64,000 nucleotides of DNA, from positions 3,348,001-3,412,000 of the forward strand of contig OZ260663.1 in the NCBI GenBank assembly GCA_965285935.1, read 5' to 3'. Positions 47,849 to 60,831 of the stretch are shown piece after piece. The first letter of the stretch is position 1. Each line of letters begins with the position of its first letter. Origin of the DNA: Ophelia neglecta. Taxonomy: Eukaryota. The translations under genes were made by a program, and so were the position numbers. Under the pieces are notes generated by a model, which saw only the letters and a list, made by a program, of their open reading frames with translations, did not search any database and was not told the DNA's origin.

Positions 47849-49500
47849 TGTAAGTGGCATGTGCAAACATGTAGCAGCTCTGTTGTACAGCACTGTTCAA
47901 GCCGGGAAACAAGGAGCAAGTATGGCCAGCACCAGCAAGCTGCAAACTTGGCACAAGCCTACTGGCCTAGCTGATTCAGCAGCTCTATCCGAAGTGAAGA
48001 CTCCCAAAGCAGGGCCAGCCATGGCATTTAAGATGAAAACAAGAAGGGATACCTTTGATCCTCGCCCTATGACCATGAGGGGGAAAAGTCTTTACAAGAC
48101 TTCAACTTGGATGCTTTATCTGATGCGACAGGTGGCAGAGCCGCAGCTTTGCTCTATGCAGGGCCTTATAGAAAACCACATGCACCCCTGTTTGATGAGC
48201 TTGACCTATCTGATGTTTCACATGAGCTTTGTGCCACAACTACCTATGCTGTCTCTGATGTACTAACTACTTTTATCAAGGACAACCCATCATCACCTGG
48301 AGAACTTATCACAATACTGGCAAATTTTGACCATCAAGGACGTGATGAATTGGTTGCAGCCACTGTCAAACAATCTGAGTCTGATATTTGGATGAAGCAG
48401 AGAAGGGGCAGAATAACAGCATCAATTATGGGTATTGTGCTTGGTAAGTAGCTAAAAAAACCCGCCACTCGCATAAAATAATTGATTAGGCTTTCTAGAA
48501 AACTTTAGATTTTTTTCAGATCATGTCAATTTCAATTTCAACATCACTGGCCAGTTACTGAGCATAGTCAGTGGGATCATGGGTTATTACCCAGCCCAGG
48601 CACTAGCCTTAAAACACGGCAAAACCTACGAGCCAGTAGCACGGAAAATGTACAGCATAGGAATGAAGCAGACACATAAATGCCTAAAGGTTGAAGAGAC
48701 AGGTACTACTACATTCATAAAGATATATTTGTGCTACGGCCTTATTTTTGAACTAAATGTGAATTAATCTTGTGAGAACACAATTACCAGTAGAGAATGT
48801 AATCTATATTTGGTAAACTTGATATCGTTAATTTATCTTGAAACTCTCAACATGGTACTAGACATTGCATGACCCCACAGAAAATATTCAACATTTAACC
48901 CAACAGTCCTCTCATGGATATTTTGTTGCACTTGAGGTGTACAGAATGCTCCAATTCCACCAAACCTCAACTTTTCAAATGGGAAAGCCCTAAGTAATTT
49001 CTTCTATTGATTGAGTTGATGTCTTTTCAGGAATGTGGGTCTCTCACAGCCACCCTTTCATCTCCGCTAGCCCGGATGGCCTGGTTTCCTGTGAATGCTG
49101 TGGAGATGGCATTTTGGAAGTCAAGTGCCCCTACAGTGCTGCCCATATGAGCATAATGGAGTATGCCCAAGGAAGTGGTTCGTCACGAGAATCAGGCCCT
49201 GTTACGTACAAGGGTAGCAAATTGTCAGTAAATGAAAACCATCATTATTTCTTACAAATTCAGACCCAGTTGTTTTGTACTAACAGAGTCTATTGTGATC
49301 TTGTGATTTTTTTACCTCATGGCAGCTCAAAAGACATATCTGAATGTACTTTCAGAATCTACCAGAACAAACCTTTGATAGCTAGCATTTTGGCAAAGTC
49401 AAAGGCATTCTTTTGTGAAGTAGTTTTTGGGGAACTTAAATCACAGAAGTATCTTAAGATGAGGAACGAAAAAAAGGCAGAAACTGAACATAGTACATAG
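47849..49500 (+). pseudogene. SWIM zinc finger plus YqaJ/lambda-exonuclease protein (spliced, frameshifted)
   Basis: CKHVAALLY; TSKLQTWHKP; TVKQSESDIWMKQRRGRITAS; KHGKTYEPVA; FISASPDGLV...LEVKCP; YFLQIQTQL...CDLV. Confidence 0.88.
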
Positions 49501-49807
49501 CACTGTTGTTATCGTTATATTAAGATCAATTGTTCGTAATAAAATATCAAGACTATTTACTAGTATTTAGGTATCTGGAAATCTCAGTCTGTTAACCTGA
49601 TGAACATATCTATTTGTGATGTGTGGATATGCTTTAAAATGAGCAAATAAAAAAACAAAAACCTGTTACCATTGAACGATTTGGGGTCTTTTTATTCCAA
49701 AAAATGTTGACAGTATTCAGTAAAAATATTAACTAGATACAATTTGAAGCCTGTGAACATATTGGGCACAGCAAGGGATTTAGATTGGTGAAAGCACAGC
49801 ATACAAC

Positions 49808-50016
49808 GGCTTTGTGTAAACGGCGAAAGCAGCGAAAGCAGCATTTCACAATACTCTAAAAAATTAGTTATTTTATAACCCAACCCTAACCGTAACTCAA
49901 TTCTGTTTTTGATATAAATGGGTATGGGTAGGGTTATTATTGTGTTCATATTAGCTCAATTTAAGAAGCCATGCCGCTTTCGCCGAAGCTTTCGCGTTCG
50001 CCGTTTACACAAAGCC
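49808..50016. mobile_element. MITE with GGC...GCC termini, 8-bp TSD and telomere-like core
   Basis: TSD CATACAAC; 20-bp TIR GGCTTTGTGTAAACGGCGAA; internal AACCCAACCCTAACC and GGGTAGGGTTA. Confidence 0.9.
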
Positions 50017-50289
50017 CATACAACAGCTGTTGGCTGCATTAAATGAAACCAACTGACCAGAACTACACCACCTAGAAGTTTGTAGTCACGAAGGTGAGAT
50101 CCTCTCTACATGATCATGTGCATGAGCTATACATATAATAAAATGATCATAATCATTTTCATATACTACCGCAGGTTGTTACAAATTCACTCTTGACAAC
50201 ATTTATAGGCTACATGAACAAAAACCTTGACAAACTATTTGATATTCAACGTACATTTTAAGACTTGACAACAGATGCCTTCAAGTTGG

Positions 50290-52492
50290 TTAATGCACAG
50301 CATACAATAGAAGCTGGCTCCATCAGGTCAAACTGGGTGATGGGAATCACGCCACTAAGAATAGTGTAATCACGCAAACGACCAATGACCCTCTCCACAT
50401 GTATACGGGCATGTGCAGTAGCCTTGTTTTTTTATTCTTTGCTTCTGAAAACTGTTTACCCTTTTTAACAAAAGGTGGTACAAGAAAACGTACACCATTT
50501 TCCAACATAACACCATCTAATCTGAAGCCTTTGTCTGCCATACAAGCATCACCAGGCTTGAATTTTGATATCAAATTGAATTTGGAAAATATCTTAACAT
50601 CAGACATGTTACCCCCTACAGGAGGTGAAATATATGAAATGGATCCACCTGGTGTACATGACAGCAGGAATTTGACAGTAGACCTGTTTTTATAGGTAGA
50701 AAACACCTGTGAATTTGCTTCTGCAAATGATTTTTTTTCAGCTGGAATTTCAAAGCAGTCAATAATGCTTACAACATTTTCCCACCTTTTAAAACACTCC
50801 GGATAGCAGTCGGACAATTGTTCTGTATCAGGCCAGTGTGTGAGGCCACCTAGTTCATGGGCTAAAAGAGGGATCCAGGTTGAATTATTTTAGACACGGT
50901 TGATACTGAAATGGAAAACAAAAAGGCTGTAAACTGTTCCGTCAAATTTAATTTCAACTTCATGAGTGTTAACAAAAGTTCATCTTCAAGCTGGAGAGTG
51001 CGAGTTGGTCCAGGCTTTTTTTTCTCCTCTAACAAATAATCTGGGGCTGAGGATGAGCTTGGTGACCAATACTGTATTTTGGAAGCAGCCTCCTTGACTT
51101 CATTGAAAACCCAACTAAATGTTGAGAAGTCCAGTGTGGAGGTTGGGTGTCTACATCAGAATCCTTGAATTTTTCAACAGAATACTCATTCTGTCCTTCA
51201 ATTTATCATTTTCTTCTGCCATATTCTTTGTGTGTTCCTCGAGTTCTTTGTTGCGTATTTCTAGAGTCCTTTTTTCACCTTCTAGCAATGCCACATTTTC
51301 CAATAGCTCTTTGATGTGTATTCTTAAATTTGCTACATACTCAGTGCATCCTCTGTTTTTACATTTAGGTTTTTCCTCTGAAACCTCACTGTAATTATGC
51401 CACCCTGGATGTCACTAACAAAGTCACTGTTCATAATGTCTGCCAGTAATTGACCTGCATGCTTGACATTTATAGCTAAGACTGCATCAGCTAAAGCAGC
51501 ACTGCAGAACAACAGCTGCTGTGTGATGTTGTGGAGCATGAACTGTAGAAAATCCTCTGACATACATGTATGCTGAGTGATGTGAAGGATGATGGGTTTC
51601 CACAGGCAGGGGCTGAGACCTGCCACTACCTTACATAACTCACACAGATTCCTTGCCCAAGGTGGGTAACTCCTCATTTACAAAGATGGTGGTGTGCTTG
51701 GTTTCCCTTCTCTGAGAAACACAAGGTGTATCCAGTGAAAGTGGCATATAGATCTAGTAGCATTTTACCACGGATCCTCTAATCAAATTTGATTTCAAAG
51801 TTACTGCTCTGCTGTTGCCCACAAGCCCACATTGATCTAAATTTTGTACTAATACTTTTCCCACTTTTCCTTGTTAAGAGATTGTATGAATAATAGCTCA
51901 CTATTAAAATTTGACCATTATGTCTTAATTTACTTATAAATAATTATATGGTTAATAGTGCAAATATACCTCATTCCATGTAATCATTTAATGTGATAAC
52001 ATTGGCATGTGCCTTGCTGAAGCTTGTTCCTACAGCACTTGGTACCCAATAATATATACTAATCTTGTTGTATCACACATTTAAGAGTGGTTCAACCAAT
52101 AAAAACATTTAAATGCATAAAAAATGTGGTGCCATAGAATATAGGCATCTCACACAACTATGCATCAAATCGTTAAATTAAAGTTGAACCAACCAATCTA
52201 TGAAAAAGAGGAAAATTAGGAGGAACAAGCCATGTTAGTTTATAGAAGGAACAAAATTACTCCATTCAAAATGGGCATATATCCACTTAAATTTATTAAC
52301 TCAAATCAAAACAGAATTTTCAGACACATATCTAACTTACTTAAAGTGGTTGCTGCATATCCTAGTGAGATGTGACACCTGGTATGCATCCTTTTTCCCA
52401 TCTCTCTCTAGTTTTTTCTGCCAGGTCCCATACTCCTCAGGTCTAGGCCGGTGAAATTTGAGCTGATTAAGGGGCAGGACAACTTGTCTGTA
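50290..52492 (-). pseudogene. THAP-domain DDE_Tnp_4 (ISL2EU/Harbinger-like) transposase
   Basis: FHRPRPEEYGTWQKKLERD...RICSNHF (52341-52490); EDELLLTLMKLKLNL HTH (~50945-50990); IIDCFEI, GGNMSD, MADKGF; after a frameshift, AHARIHVERVIG. Confidence 0.88.
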
Positions 52493-53475
52493 ATGGGGCG
52501 AATAGATCTTGTTATATTTCTTTAAACATGGTCACGATAGTCAGTTAAGTCAGTTATCCAAGATTTACGTACTAGGCAGGTTAATTTTGGGTTACCATAA
52601 ACAGATTAATGCAAGGTTTTTGATTGGCCATGGCAGGACCATGGGTTATGGCATATTGATTTTCACAGTTTACCTTAATATATCCATGCACAAATGATGG
52701 CTACTAGTATTGCACTGTCAACTATTGCACATTTTAGTGAAATTTTCACTGTGTAGTATCTATACTAAACTATACTATAGCAGGGATTTCATTAAAAGGA
52801 GGTAACAGGAAAAATTTACCCGTTACAGGACATCATCTTACCTGCCGTTTAGGCCTGTTTTAGATACTTATTATAGTGTTTGTTCCAAAGGTTTCCTGTA
52901 ATATTTACCTCAAAATTGTTACCTGAAAAATTACTGAAATAGGCTATAGGGACTGGGCTAAACCTGTATTACACATGTCCTACGTACAATCATGGGTTAA
53001 TCAGTAACCTCTCATTTGGTCATGTACTAATAGTATGGTATTCATATATTCAGCCCAGGTGGACACACCCTTCACCACTGACTGTTCACCACTACCATGC
53101 ACAGGCTCTGGACAGCTGGAGTCTTGACTTACTCGTACTGAGCTGCACAACGTATAGCTATACATATTGCAGCGTATCTACTCGGTATTGAGAGCATGTG
53201 CACCTGCTTTTGACTGTATGGACTATGGTATAGTCTGTTAGCAGTCTGGTTATATTGGCATGTACCCTACCCATACCTGCCATGAGCCTTGTTGAACATG
53301 TGAATAATGTCATGTACCCAGCTACCATCGAAGTTTAGGAGCCCCTTAGTTAGATGTAATGAGGCCATTGGCAGTCTCATAGTAATGAACCAATTTATAA
53401 AGCATTAATTTAAGTAATTGTTGGTAGTACTTGTCTTTCAAACGCCTATCGTTCCGGCAGGATGCTACATTGCAG

Positions 53476-55554
53476 GTGGTCATGATTGACAGAGCGTCTT
53501 CAACAGTGCAGGGATTTCAAATCAAGGAAATACCTGCTTTGTAAATGTACTTTTACAAGTACTGAGGGCCTCAGATGTCCATGTGGCAGTTTCTGGACAC
53601 AGCATATGTAGGTATTAACAGTTGCGGATATAGATATAAGCAGAGAGTGTAAGCCGCTTTGATACTGATGAACATAAGTAAGATTACTAAAATCTTGTAA
53701 AGTGGTATTGATATATGTTGTTTTTGAACATGCCTTTTATAAAATAGAGTGGCAATGAAGGTTATCAATTTATTGGCACAATTGGTGGTACTATAAAATT
53801 ATTCCGTATTTATACAGGTAACATTGGACCTAACTGTTTGTTGTGTATTGTGCACAAATTCTTGTTTCACAACTCAGTAGATGTCCAAGAGTTGCTAACA
53901 GGTGGAGTATATTTTTCAGCAGACAGTAAACTTTCATTGCACTAAAAGTCTAAATCATAAACTTTATTTATATCTTAAAATATCACAAACAATATGTATG
54001 TTTATTACTGCATAAATCAACAATCATTGCTTACTGTATATGAATTGTTCTTCAGTCATATGAACAAACTTTATCATTGGTACTCAAGAGGATGCCAGCG
54101 AGCTTCTTATTTCTTTCGTTCACAAATTTGAAGATCAGATTGACGATCCCCTTTTTAGTTGGACTTGTATGGAGATAGGTTAGTTATAAATTCTGGGGGA
54201 CAAGGAATTTACAAGGGCTAATTATCTCAACCCTTATAATATATATTGGAACTGAAAAAAAAACCTACAAATTACATAAAGTTCAAAAAACCTTAGTATT
54301 CCATATGTTCAATGTATTTTTGTTTTCAGTCCAGTGCAACCACTGCCCTAGAATGAAAATTGAACCACTCCCTATGAGTGTTTTAATTGTACCAGCAGTA
54401 AGTATAGTATATTTTTATGTAATATATGGATGCATGAAAGGGCATCTGCATTTTGGAATTAGTTGGTGGATGGACCTGGTCTATTAAATTTGACCAAAAT
54501 GGAATGCAAAATTACCCCCTCCCCTCACCTACACACAAGCTCACCTACATGTACATCATAGACCACAAAACTAAGACAAGTAAATTTTGGCTTCAGAATA
54601 CAACTCTTGCTGAAGCAATTGATACATACTTTGCTCCAGAGAGCAGAGAGGAGACCGATGCCTGTATCGGGTGGGTATACTTTTAAAAACTGTTCTAACT
54701 ACATGATTAAGGAACCATTATGGACTACTTTATAGTTTCATATTCAATGACTAACCTCATATTTATATTGCAGCTATGGAAGATTTGATAGTAGAACGAA
54801 GTCAATTGCAATTAAAGATTTGCCCAGAAACTGGGTAATCCAATTTACAAGGCCAGTACCATGCAACGGCTTAAACAACAATTGGACTTACTTTATCACA
54901 TTTACCAACCAATATTGCTTCATTTCACAGGGAAGCTGACCAACTCATCTCTTTGGTCAAATACGATGAGTTAATACAAGTCATGGTAAACGATAAGGTG
55001 AGTTGAAGACATGTACATAGATAAAGGCAATTCATTATCGCAACAGGAATAGGTGCTTTTTTTTAATTGGTAACTAATCTATTTCTCACACAGTGAAGAT
55101 AAGGTGTTTTTATCATACCTTCTTTGAGACTGCAACAACACTTTTCCTTCTAGCTTGTGGAAATGGACCTTGCTGCAGTAATAGTGCACACTGGGGATCC
55201 CTGTGCAGGACACTACACTGCGTACACAAAATTGGGAGATGTATGGCAACATATGAATGACAGTTTGGTAAGTAAACCTGACAATGATATGGCAAAAACA
55301 AAATTTTTGTATTCAGTTAACTAGGAGTCAAACATACTGAGTGAAATCGCGCAGTGAAATCATAAAGCATGTTAAATCAAACATATACATGCACATTACA
55401 TTTAACAATACATAGCATAGATATTAGAGAAACTTATTTGGAATTTAAAATAGCATGATTATATATTTTTGTAATTATCTGATTTTATAGGTCAAGAAAG
55501 TAGATTGGTTAGAGGTGCAAAATTGTCCTGCCAACATCCTGCTTTACAGGAAAA
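53476..55554 (+). pseudogene. Ubiquitin-specific protease (C19, USP17/36/42-like) catalytic domain, about 9 exons
   Basis: Exons give D*QSVFNSAGISNQGNTCFVNVLLQ (Cys 53535-53537), HSICNIGPNCLLC, FIIGTQEDASELL, VQCNHC...VLIVP, TLAEAIDTYFAPE, IKDLPRNWVIQFTR, DLAAVIVHTGDPCAGHYTAY...WQHMNDS (55154-55267), VKKVDW...ANILLYRK. Two in-frame TGA codons; one donor is non-canonical. Confidence 0.88.
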
Positions 55555-55741
55555 GTAAAAATAATTAAACTTATCTCACCTTTATTTCAAAAGTTGAAAA
55601 GTTAAGTTTTTTTTATCAAATAACTGCTTGTCACACTCCTTGATGTATTGCTAAAAAACCCAAACAAGTTTAACCATATAAATTTAGAAAAAAGGACTGC
55701 AATAAGAATGTATGAAACTTTTTTCATTCACTTTTTCTCAG

Positions 55742-58700
55742 AACATCTAGCTCAATCTGAAGAACCGCAGCCATGTGCCCTTCCAGCTGCCTTTCATCTT
55801 GAGGCTATGCCCTGCCAGGGATATGAGCCTCAAGAAGTAATTTCTTTATCTGCTGAAGCATTGACCCTGCCCTCTGAAGAGTCCATGTCTGCTTTGTCAT
55901 CTGACACTTCTCTAGTTGTTTATCAGACTTCAGAAAAGAACACAAAGTTTGTTCAGAACCAATACAAAATATAACAAAACATTACTTTAATATAAATAAT
56001 AATAAGAGCAGATGTAAATCAACTTGTATCTCTCTCTCTACATATATGTATACATATCGGGGAATATGGGAAAGATATATTTATGATTGCTTTTAATAGT
56101 TGGCATTTTGAAGGGTAAAATCATAGAATATTATATTGAAATACAATCTAAATCCAAAACTTCAATTCACAATAGAGTTCTTCAACTCCAATTTACCATT
56201 TTTGAATTCAACCTATACAAAAGTCATAACCAGGCAGTAATTAGCTTGAATCAATAGTGTATGCATGTTTCCTTTTTACAATTAAGTAATTGTTGGAAGG
56301 CAAGAGGGCACCTACAATTATTTGAGAATCAATTTTTAATTGCCATTTTCATATACAAAAGCATATAAGCCATTGCAAGTGACAGTGTCCAGGGTTCATT
56401 GGTAGAATGGGATGGTCAGCGTCATGAGCCAATGTATGTTGCTTAGCTGAAGCTAATGTCACGCTCAATAGAGATAGCTAATGACGCCAGACAACTTGGT
56501 GCGAGGCACATTTCATGTTAAAAATTCTGCGGGCATCGGATTTGGATTTTTGGGGCTTAACTTTGCGGGCATCGGATTTTGACACAAACTGGCCTGGTCT
56601 TTCTATGAAGGCCCACCAAGTCACCTGCAATGGATAATGTGAAAATGTATATTGATATTTGATTCTCCTGTAATTTTAGGTTGGATATATACATGATATT
56701 TTTAATGTTATTTTTCAGCACAAATAATGATAATAAGAGGAAGGCACATTCATTTGCAAAGGTAATTACATTGGAAATGCGAAAGCATATATACACTTTG
56801 ATATCATAAAATATATATCTAAAAGTTCTGCCTATGAACGCAAGAGCTAAGCTGATACATTATTACAAGGTTACCTACTTTTAAAATAGTAACCAGGGGC
56901 ATGGATTTCACCCAAAACACAATAAGTATTCTGGGCAATAAGCTTATGATTAAAGACCCTTTTACATCCTGTTTTGGCCATTTGTTACTTGCTTTAACTT
57001 CATTTCCAATTATATGGAAAGATAACATAATTCTACTTTTACAGCAAGACACAAACGAAAAAGTTCCTAAAAGGAAGATAGGTGAGAATAAATATCAAAA
57101 CTATTGTCATTGTCCTGTTCAATGCACTGTTACAAATTAGATATATAAATCTATTTAGGACAAAACCATTTTCAAAGAAAAATGTTTACACATGTTTCTT
57201 TGTAGTGACAGAAAGTCGACAGGGTTCAAGTGTAGAGGTGCTTCCAACAATGCCACCTTTGAAGGCAGCAGTGGTAAACCCATCACCTTTTCCTGCCATG
57301 TAAGGAGCATTTTACTTCAAATTCACTTACATGAATAAAGGAAATACTTCAAAGATATTATACGGTGGAGACATGGGCTGAAAGAATTCTACAAGATTAA
57401 ACAATAGTGGGGTTCTAAGTAACAGTTACATAAATCACTAATTAACAATTTTAAAGGGGAAACAGCACATAAAAACATACCAGAACCTGGCAAACAATTG
57501 GCCGAAATCATGTTTTTCAACTCCTTAAAGTTAATCATATAAAAAATATGCTCTGTATATCTGTCGGCCTGTTTAAATACTCAACACGATATTCTTTTTT
57601 TTACCGTTGGAAAGCAAGAGGGCACCCCCAATAGGTTTCTGATTGAAGTATTTGTAATCATATTTACTGTATAGTTTCAGTGATGAGGAAAATGAACTGG
57701 ATAAAATGTTTCAATCGTAACAAAGTGATTTGCACAGAAAAATTGGAGCACTGGAGGAAGGAGTCCCGATAACAATGGTAATTCATTGCTCAAATGCCAT
57801 TCTTAATATTCTTTCATGACTGGTAAAGGTAATTTAATAGGCATGGATAACATAAAGTAGCCAAGGATAAGAGGTTTTGAGCTAATTTATTACTGCATTG
57901 CAAATTATGCATAGGGTAGTAGACATGCCAGTTGAACAGACTAGCATTGTCTTATTGGATTTGTGCACAGTAAGATGTTAAGATGGGAGCATGTCTGTTT
58001 CAGATCAAAGAGTCGGTGCAAGAAGTAGATGCAATTTTGTTCAGGCATAAATTTGAAGAAGTGAAGTTAGTATTTTAATATGTTTGCATGTCTCATAATG
58101 TCCAAAATTTTATAATATAATAGCAAGCAAAGTTCTTTGAAATAGAAATCCCTCCTTGTATGGAACAGATTCCCCCCCCCCCCCTCCCCTCCACCTTTTC
58201 CTAATACATGTATTACATTTAAATATTAGAGGTGAATCAGTATACCGGTTTGTCAGGATAGATTGGTATTTAGTTACAATACAATAATATCGGTATTCAT
58301 ACAGAGTCAATACATTTGATACAGTGCACAAATTTTGGGTTGGCTATTAATTTTCACCTTAATTACAATGTTGATAATTTTGATCTTACATTTGCTGAAC
58401 TAAAAAGAATGGCGGTACTCTTGTGCAAAATAAGCTGGAAACACCTACCTGAACCAGTAGAGCTTTATCTTTGTTTCACCCAAAAGGTAACTGCATAGGA
58501 CATAATTTATGATGAATAAACCATTATTTGCGTAAACAACTAGATTTTAAGTAGCTCTGCTGGCCACATAGCCCAGAGGGACACCACTCAACAACAGTGG
58601 CCTTTCTACCAATAGTATAATTAAAAAACATGTTAGGAGTTAACAATGCAGCTCTGGTAGCTCCCTCAGCCCAAAATTTAAAAAAACTCTGCAATGATCC

Positions 58701-59730
58701 TTCAAAATAATCCTATGCCCCATATGCTGGTTGGTCAAAATATATCTTCTTTTTAGTGTCAACCATTGCCTTCTGATGAGAGGGCAAACTTTTTTTTTCA
58801 TTTTTTGCCTAAAGTTATAGTACAAAATGTGAATTAGCTCCATGATTATTTCTTTTTCAATTTGTTGTTTCCACAGAGTCTTCATCATGTCATGCAATAT
58901 TTAAAAGTGGAATTTTGTAGATACATCAGTTGCAGCAGGTATAATACATAGTTACCAAAGAAATAATGTGGTATATAAACTAATAAAACTAATAAGTCCA
59001 TGACACCCTCAAAATTAATTGCTAAAAACAATGGAAATAACTTAAAATGGTAAGAAAACAAAATACTTAATCTTGACATTTTCCTGATGGTCATATTTTT
59101 TTGATGATACGCTTTTTCTTTTGCATTATTTACTATGAAAACTTATTATTTTCAGATGTTTACCAAAAGTTACTTCAGGCTTTCTTTAAATAATAAAATA
59201 TATTTTTCCCAAAATGGATGCCTGAAATAGGACGACAGTAAGTGCCATTACAATTCTTAACAATACTATCTGAGGACTATTAGTAAATGCTGGAATGGAA
59301 AGGAAACAATTTGATAGTCAAAAGTGGAATGTAGTTGCTTCTATGCAATAGGCAATTCTCAAACAATTTATGGCTTTCCTTCTATACTTTTTGCCTATTA
59401 TCCTTTGCAAATGGTATGACAGCAACTGCTGTTATTCAAGTTACCAAACTAAAGGCAGAACATATGAAGCACTTCGCTAATTGGTTGGCTCGCCCTAGTT
59501 TGGAATCTGGGCAAGTAGGCCACATGAAGGGCAGTCCAGATTCAATATTTATTGGCCATGATGGAAGGCCACTCATACTGTGAACAACAATCAGAAACGA
59601 TGAATAATAAATCAGCTGTTTGGATTATGGTGTTATTTGTCGAGAAACCTCTGAGGTTGTTTTAAACAAAGGCTTTTGTGGTGTGTGTACTCCTAAATAT
59701 TATGACAGCAGCCATCAAATTGTCAGGTAC
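55742..59730 (+). pseudogene. Further decayed plus-strand exons, probably the C-terminal extension of the USP gene (domain unidentified)
   Basis: Run of short AG...GT-bounded segments at about 55742, 57045, 57206, 57675, 57915, 58004, 58325, 59156 and 59352; the first is phase-compatible with the last USP exon. Confidence 0.4.
56544..56563 (-). mobile_element. 20-bp SINE/LINE 3'-tail insertion with 16-bp TSD
   Basis: TGCGGGCATCGGATTT at 56528-56543 and 56564-56579. The insert is the reverse complement of the GTTAAGCCCCAAAAATCC tail also seen at ~25876-25903. Confidence 0.75.
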
Positions 59731-60359
59731 TAAGCTACAGAGATACATACCTTTTATTATTCATAAGTTGTAGCGGAGAAGCCTTGTGTAGCAGTGGCTA
59801 TTTGATCATGTTGGTAGCAGTGTGGAATTCAGGTGTTAAGTATTAGATGTGGTTCTGATAGCACACATTTAAGGTTTTGCATTGCATGCCACTGAACCTC
59901 TTTCTGTCGTTAATCTATGGCACAACGTGCAGATGTTCAATATCTTCTGGGACTTTATGGTATGTTATTAACTATACTATATCTCATTGAGTCTGAGATG
60001 TCATATTATTAGTGGTGTAAATTAAGACGAGCGTTTTGGTTTAAGTCCCGTATTTCACTTCACAAACCGTGGGTGAGCATTGCCAGGCTACTATGACAAT
60101 AATCCCATCCCTCACTGGGTAAGCTTAAAACGTATAGTCTGAATATATTTTGACCGCTATGTTATTGCAAACACAGGAATGTAATTTTCATATACATTCT
60201 AATATCATATGGCTAATTTGTTCATTTAACATTGTAAGAAACCACTGTGAAATTCCCCTTAATTGTACCTTTGTTTTACATAATTTTACTTTTTTTTCCA
60301 GACAATAATTAATTTGTATAATTATCTTATGATTTTGACTGAACCCTCTTTTGTACATA

Positions 60360-60499
60360 ACCATCACCTTTTTACGCCATACCAGAATAAAGTACTTTTA
60401 AGTAACTCCGGAATATTCATACCAGACGTGATCAAGATTGGAAACCTGATCTCCCACTTGCGAGGCGAACACTCAACCACTCCGCCACACTGTGGTGGT
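60360..60499 (-). mobile_element. tRNA-derived SINE remnant
   Basis: Minus strand has an A-box TGGCGGAGTGG, an anticodon-arm-like TTCGCCTCGCAAGTGGG and a degenerate B-box GGTTTCCAATC, followed by a non-tRNA body. Confidence 0.55.
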
Positions 60500-60831
60500 T
60501 TCAGATTACCATGGAATTACACGTCTTATACACTGAACTATAGCCAGCTATCATTTCAAATCATCTTTGTTCCTTTCTGAAACATCTGGGAGCGAAAAAA
60601 CGGCACTGACAACTTCCTGGAGGTCACAGCTTGAGCTCTATGACAGCCGTTACTTGATTTCCGTCCCCTCCTTCTATCCCATGAGGCAAAGGCCCCAAAA
60701 CAGCAGACAGCCAGCGTGACGTAGTCAGCAGTATTAAAAGAGAACTGTCATGTTGTACATGTCCCACGTTATTTGAACCATTGATCAAACACCTAAACAT
60801 ATCCTTCAGAAAAGAAACAAAATCCATTTAA

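Larger units (their letters stand above)
47200..52500. mobile_element. ISL2EU/IS4EU-type DNA transposon, decayed (termini not found)
   Basis: Convergent SWIM-YqaJ exonuclease gene (+) and THAP-HTH-DDE_Tnp_4 transposase gene (-), the characteristic ISL2EU pairing. Confidence 0.8.

Noticed and set aside
53487-54065. In-frame TGA codons in the USP gene suggesting recoding or an alternative genetic code
   Set aside because: Neighbouring intact ORFs use the standard code, and nearby decayed genes carry TAG/TAA stops and frameshifts. Ordinary G-to-A decay is sufficient.
60430-60499. Functional tRNA gene
   Set aside because: The B-box is degenerate, acceptor pairing is poor and it continues into a SINE-like body.
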